Positions 58,328 to 64,000 of a stretch of DNA of 64,000 nt are shown here, piece after piece. The notes beneath the pieces were generated by a model. It had not been told where the DNA came from and did not search any database. It saw only the letters and a list, made by a program, of their open reading frames with translations. Made by a program: the position numbers and the translations under genes. This DNA is from Schmidtea polychroa. Its lineage: Eukaryota. Within the stretch, counting starts at the first letter, position 1. Every line of letters begins with the position of its first letter. The stretch is from the NCBI GenBank assembly GCA_044892525.1, contig CM097886.1:100192001-100256000 (forward strand), written 5' to 3'.

Positions 58328-58963
58328 ATGTGGTTCGGAGCAACCCTGGTGACAATAATGATGATAGCGATAAACGGAATACCCATGTGGCAGCCAATCC
58401 CAACACTATGGGAGAATCCCGAGAAACAGCAAAACCCGTTAACCAAACTGAAAAGCGAAAGAAAGCTCTCCAACAACATCCCGAAACAATGCTGGAACAA
58501 AGCCGTCTGGAAAAAACTCCAAATGCAACTCCACCTACAAACCCAAAAAATCGAACAGCTCGAAATTCTCTTACAAGAACAAACTACCCAACAATCCTTG
58601 AAAGAAATCATCATGAAGAAGGAAGTAAAAGAAAGCCAAGTCCTACTCTATACTACCATCAGTGAAACCCTTATCATCTGCGCACTAGTCATCTGGAAAG
58701 CGTATGATATTCATCGAACATGGAGAAGAAACCAGTCACTATCCGAGAAACACGAAAGAAAGAACCCACGACCGAAAAATAAACATAAACGAGCAGTACA
58801 TTTTCAACAACCAAACCCACCTGACCAAATGCAACAAAATCTATCTCCTGACCAAATGCCTGTTACAATCCAGCTCCCCACGATAACAACTTCAACCAGC
58901 CATCCGACCCAGAATTCAACCAACCAAGACAGTAATAACATTCCGAACCTTGAGATCATGTGA
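58328..58963 (+). CDS. 211-aa putative type I membrane protein
   Basis: Signal-like MWFGATLVTIMMIAING, TM-like VLLYTTISETLIICALVIW, then a basic stop-transfer stretch and a P/Q/T-rich tail. Confidence 0.6.
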   Translation: MWFGATLVTIMMIAINGIPMWQPIPTLWENPEKQQNPLTKLKSERKLSNNIPKQCWNKAVWKKLQMQLHLQTQKIEQLEILLQEQTTQQSLKEIIMKKEVKESQVLLYTTISETLIICALVIWKAYDIHRTWRRNQSLSEKHERKNPRPKNKHKRAVHFQQPNPPDQMQQNLSPDQMPVTIQLPTITTSTSHPTQNSTNQDSNNIPNLEIM

Positions 58964-59160
58964 CATCGACCATTCATAAACTTTGTGTGTATAAATCCGG
59001 TCACCTAAAGTGGCCACTGCTTGCTTATATTTGTCCTTTTATCTGTTTAATTAAAGTATTATTTAGTTATTTTAATTTTATGTTTGTGTGAATGATGACC
59101 GTGAAATTAGTTGTTATGCCGAAAAAAGGTATGATTTAAACGTATGATATTATGTGAATT

Positions 59161-59194
59161 GCGGGGCGCAATTTTAACGGGCCCCGGAGTGATT
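59161..59194 (+). other. Atypical polypurine-tract region before the 3' LTR
   Basis: GCGGGGCGCAATTTTAACGGGCCCCGGAGTGATT is G-rich but not purely purine; position only. Confidence 0.3.
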
Positions 59195-62100
59195 TGTTGG
59201 GCTAAAACGTGGAGTTTCGAAAACTGGAGCGAATAGAAAAGTAATCCTTGAAAAATAAACGAAATAAAATATAAATATAAAGTACCATCAAATTCGCGCT
59301 AATAAAGCAAAAAGGAACAATAAAATATCAATAAGAGAATAAGAATAAGTAAAACAAACTAAATAAAACCCAATAAACCCCTTGAGATTTAGAAATAAAG
59401 CGATTTAGGACCCAGCAGATGAAATAGAATAAAATAAGTAAAAAAGTGACAACAAATAAACGAGAAATTTAAGAAATAAATAAAAATAAAACTATCTTTA
59501 AGTCTAATTAAAACAAAAAATTATATTACAATAAAGTAGCAATAAATCCACAGGAAAAATAGGAGGAAAATAATAAAAATAAGAAAATAAATAAAATAAT
59601 AATAAGAAATAAGTTAAGTCATTAAAATCTAATACATTATAATAAAAAACATAAAAATAATAATAAATAGTAAAAATACAAACAAGTCGTGTCCTGATTG
59701 GACGAAAAATAGTATATAAGGAACGGAAAATATCTGTAGAGTACCACTTTTAAAAAATATTCTACAGGTAAACTTTGGTTCGTTATATACTACCACTTTT
59801 AAAAAATATTCTACAGACTTGACAGATTTCGGAACCTTTAATTAGCCTACAGCGAACTAGTTCAGAGATTTCCAAACCAAACCGAGGAAGGAATATATAG
59901 AGGCCAAACTACAAATCCATTCGGGAAAAATTTTAAATTCAACCGATTTAACTTCAGTTTTCGAAACTCAAGGTATGCCTCGACAGTTGTTTTATTTATG
60001 GTTATTAGTTAATTTCGTTAATTATTATAAATATAATAAATCAATTTCATATAATAAATTTATTTAAATGAAAAGTTGCCTTTCTTCATGGTACCGGCGA
60101 CTGTACCATCTGAGAACTCCCAGTATGATGTGGACGAGTTGGAATTGCACTGCAGTAGAGGACACCACCGTGGAAAGGTTGGTATGCATAAGAAATCACG
60201 AACATGCTGAAAAGAGAATGTGATATTTGTAGAGAGTGATATTGTCATATTAGATATCCATCAAGGAGACGAGGAGGTTTCGGTTATGTAGGAGGAGCAA
60301 CATCATACTCGGAGATCCAAATGATATGGTCGCCGGGTAAATTTTATTTATGCATTTTCTATCATTCAGTTTGATTATTGTATTGTTGATTTGATTGCAT
60401 GGAAACGAGTTGATTGGTCCCTCATGACGGTGCAAGGAGGCGGCAGCAATGAATGCCTTCTTGGGTGTGTCGTGAGGGGTGAAGAAACTCAGTAGGTGGA
60501 ACATCCAGTTAATAAATGACAGTTCCTTCATCAAGCGCGATCGTCTATAGAGCGTATCATCGGTTCATTGAGTTAAATCGAGATTTCCAGTAGTTGTAGA
60601 AATGATTTGAATTCCGAATGCAGACAGTTCAGAGCGAGATAGGCAGTGACGTTCATTCAGATTCGGTAGTAATCCGCATAGCTAGGAGAAAAATTCCTTT
60701 TCGTGATATTCAGCCGGTCGATCGACGTAGTTAGGAAAGAGCAGTGTTGACCATGGATTGCAAGTAAATCCAACGATTTTTCGGTGACGCACTGCGTTTG
60801 CAAGGTTCTGTCTAATTGATGCCGTCATGACGTTAGCGGTTACATCCATTGTCGATGTACTCTTACGATTTAATTGTCGTCCGTGAGTCGCCAATGCCGG
60901 TGATAAAAAATCTCTCGCTGACAGGGAAGTAAACATCTTGCAGGGAAATTATCAAAATTCTTACTTCGAGCTCGCAGACAGTAGTTGCCAACGATAACGA
61001 AATCAGTTGATTTACATTAGCCAGCGTAGAGTTAGTCGACAGGAGATATCTGATAATGTCCTGGAGAAGGAGATAACATGTTAGTTTTTCTGGGAAAATG
61101 TCAAATGAATAAGCTGATAGTCATTGATCTGAATTAATATCGTAAAAGGAAATTAGATGATAATGTTGAGCTTACCCAAGAATCTACGAAGTTGTCGCCC
61201 ACTCAGATTGATTAATCTGATTTTCCGATTTACCTACGGCTGCTTATTTGAGGAATCGATTACGCAACCACTATTATTCCGACTTGAGCATGCACATACA
61301 CACGCACCACAGTCAAGTCTACATAGGGCAGTGTAAAAGTAAATCCACAATTTTTGGTGATGTAATAGCGGCACGATAATATGACTTTTCTAGAACAGCG
61401 AGATAATAGGGTGAAGTAAAGGAATGGATTTCCCCTACACAACTCGATATATAATAATTTCTCATAACAACCTAAACCATCATTCGCGGCGATAGCCAAC
61501 ATACAGTTATAGATGCCACCATTCAGTCATAATGCACACTCACAAGTAAACGTTTTCCATGACGACGATTTCGACGCGTTATTTGAATTAATTAGATGTC
61601 GATTTAGAGCAGAATTTTCAACTGATTACGTGATCAATTCCATAATTTTGAACGAGATAAAAACATAAATAATCTATTCCGTCGCCGTGAATTATTTCTC
61701 TGTAATTTTAGGTACGCCTACATCGACGGATTGCCATAATGATATCGGCAAATTTTTAAATAAATTATCCTAAGGGGAACACGGTTGAAGGGGATAAAGT
61801 AAAAGACGAGTTTTACCTGGGGATGGCCCCATCCGAAAGTAAACCCAAAGGGCGAGGTTTGTGTAGAAAGAATTTTTGGTGTACGAATCCCCGTTTCCTT
61901 TTCTTAAATTACACGAATCAGGTGAAGAGATTTGAATGTTTGCGACTGAATGACTGCGAATAGAGATGGATGAGGAAGTGTGTGGGTCATCGTTGGGTGG
62001 TATGCTTGATAAACTCCAAAGCCACGCTCAAAAATTTGATTATTCTTTTTCTCACTGATAGAGGTTTTTCCGAGTAAATATAAACAATGATTGATTTTCT

Positions 62101-63403
62101 AGATGGCTACATCGTCCAACAACGCCAACGAACTTCGCCCGTGTTTTTCTTGCGCGGACAAGAACGCGGATATCGCCCAACTGCATCTATATATCGGGGC
62201 TCTCAAAAAGAGAATTGATCTCTATGAAGGAACGTGGTTCTCCCCGCCACAAATGAAAGAGGAACGCAAGAAAATTCTCCGATTAGAGCATTGCAGGGAC
62301 AGCCTGCTAGAGGAAAGCCGTTGCCAGCGGCTCACCATCAAAGCGCAATCAGAAGCCCTCCATAAGGTGTATACGGAGGCAGAATTGGCTAAGCGGGTGC
62401 GAGAATTTCCCGTTCTGGATGGGACGAATGTTTTTCCCCTTCACCACCAGTCTCCTACATCTTCCAGCTCGCACTGCCAGGGGCACGGCTCACAACTGCC
62501 GCCCATTCCAGCCCCAGTGTTGTCAAGTCACCAGCCAAAGACAGGTGGACCTACCGATCCCATCGTAGCTCAAATCTTGGTAGCACCAATCGGTACCACG
62601 AACACCGAAAAACCCCCGACTAACCGCAAACGGAAACGGCCAACTCGAGCCGAGAAGAACCAAAAACGCCGAGATGCGATGACAGCACTCGAGACGTCCT
62701 TATCGGCGGCGAAATCAAAAATCCAAGAGATAACGTCCTCCCATTCAATCCCCTCAAAGGAAGTCTTCCGCATTGTTCCAGCGGAGGGCATCAAGTACAT
62801 TGTAGATAGCCGATTACCGGTCGACATAGATGAGATACTGGCCGATGGAGATAACTTTGTTTAATGTGATGTACAATTGAGCTTGATTTCCTCTTCATTG
62901 AGTTGTAAATTATCTTGTGAATGTTGCTAATGTTATATCTTTTTGACTGCTGTTGATCTGTTAGTGGTAATGATATTTTTATCGTTTCAGTGTCAATAAA
63001 ATTTTCTGTTTGATTTCAGTTTTGTCGAGTTTTCATATATTTGTTTGTGCAATTTGAGTAGATGAGATAATGCTGCGGAATGAAGCTAATTAAAGTTGAA
63101 AGTCGTTCCTTTGGACCAGGAGCAGACCAAGTGACACGCATGTATGTGGGTAAGTCCTTCTAGGGCACCGTAGGACCCGAACCGAGAAAGGGTTAGGAGT
63201 AGTCCTAAGGCAGGGGCTCACCTGCTAACCTTTTCCGACCCGTGTGAGCAGCACCAACATGGAACATCACCATGGGCTCATATGTGGGAATATGCAATCA
63301 ATCATTTGGAGTATGTGTAGAAAATGTATAGCGGAGCCATGATGCTTGATAGGTGTGATGGAAAGGCATGTATAATTTTCTTTCTTCTCCACATACGCCA
63401 ACA
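59195..63403 (+). repeat. 3' LTR (4209 bp)
   Basis: Near-identical to the 5' LTR; followed by the ATAT TSD. Confidence 0.97.
62103..62864 (+). CDS. 3' LTR copy of the 253-aa LTR-encoded protein
   Basis: Identical translation to 35502-36263. Confidence 0.7.
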   Translation: MATSSNNANELRPCFSCADKNADIAQLHLYIGALKKRIDLYEGTWFSPPQMKEERKKILRLEHCRDSLLEESRCQRLTIKAQSEALHKVYTEAELAKRVREFPVLDGTNVFPLHHQSPTSSSSHCQGHGSQLPPIPAPVLSSHQPKTGGPTDPIVAQILVAPIGTTNTEKPPTNRKRKRPTRAEKNQKRRDAMTALETSLSAAKSKIQEITSSHSIPSKEVFRIVPAEGIKYIVDSRLPVDIDEILADGDNFV

Positions 63404-64000
63404 ATATGTTAATTATTTTTAACTTTCGGAATAAAAAAAGCTATATTAAATTTGCGTGTATTCTATATTATGTGTGCTGTGTTTGTATGTGAAATTATTT
63501 TTCTGTCATTTTCTCAATTCCTATAATAAAACTTTTAACTTTCGGAACATTAAATTTTTGCACACAAGTAAGTTTTTGTGTTCCTATATTATAATTTTAT
63601 CGATTTTTTTAGATTATAGAAACTTTTAAATTTCGGGATTAGGTGTATAAACATTAAAGATGCATGTAAGCAGCAGATAATCCTTAATATAAGTTTTTAA
63701 TATAAAGTTACTCTTCATATAACAATAATTATAGAAATTAAATATTAAATAAAATAAATTTTATTATTAATAATTTTTATTATGTAATTAATTATAATTA
63801 AAAATCTATAAATTTAAAATAAATAATAAAAATGCAATAAATTAGGCTATGTTTTAATATGTCCTCAGCAGCAATGCTAAAACATAGAAAAGTCATATAT
63901 AAGTTAATGTTTTCATCTAATTTCCATTGCATTTTCTTATTTTGCGTTGCGCCTACGGGCCTGAATATCAGGAAAATAATATGAAAGCTTTGTAAATTTG

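Larger units (their letters stand above)
32558..63403 (+). mobile_element. Giant (30,846 bp) full-length Ty3/Gypsy LTR retroelement with env and accessory genes
   Basis: Two 4.2-kb LTRs TGTTGG...CCAACA, TSD ATAT (32554-32557, 63404-63407), PBS, and gag plus PR-RT-RH-IN in Gypsy order. Confidence 0.97.

Noticed and set aside
42465-58614. Many minus-strand ORFs rich in F/L/S within the giant element
   Set aside because: Shadow ORFs of the A-rich coding strand, with no recognisable motifs.

Overview
AT-rich eukaryotic (animal) genomic DNA with short introns of about 50 nt. A flatworm/planarian-like host is plausible but cannot be established from this window. The first half holds one clear host gene (TMEM41A, 5 exons), a possible small secreted Cys-rich gene, and a dense set of decayed or non-autonomous transposons: several hAT elements and MITEs, a mariner, a Penelope-like GIY-YIG remnant and a decayed Gypsy. 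Two of the hAT copies are inverted and have swapped target-site duplications, which marks a 2.1 kb inversion. The second half (32558-63403) is one complete, recently inserted giant Ty3/Gypsy LTR retroelement of about 30.8 kb, with 4.2 kb near-identical LTRs, an ATAT target-site duplication and a tRNA-Pro primer-binding site. Its polyprotein has the unusual order Gag - ubiquitin-like domains - Bcl-2-like domain - signal peptide + chuvirus/gB-type Env - PR - RT - RNaseH - IN - ankyrin repeats - second membrane protein. It also carries separate intronless genes: an IAP-type RING protein, a full-length TRAF, three coiled-coil proteins, a membrane protein and an ORF inside the LTR. The best candidate for an undescribed system is this enveloped, retrovirus-like giant element with Env placed before Pol and a cargo of apoptosis/ubiquitin/TRAF-signalling modulators. 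All domain calls are by-eye motif recognition and need HMM or structure confirmation.
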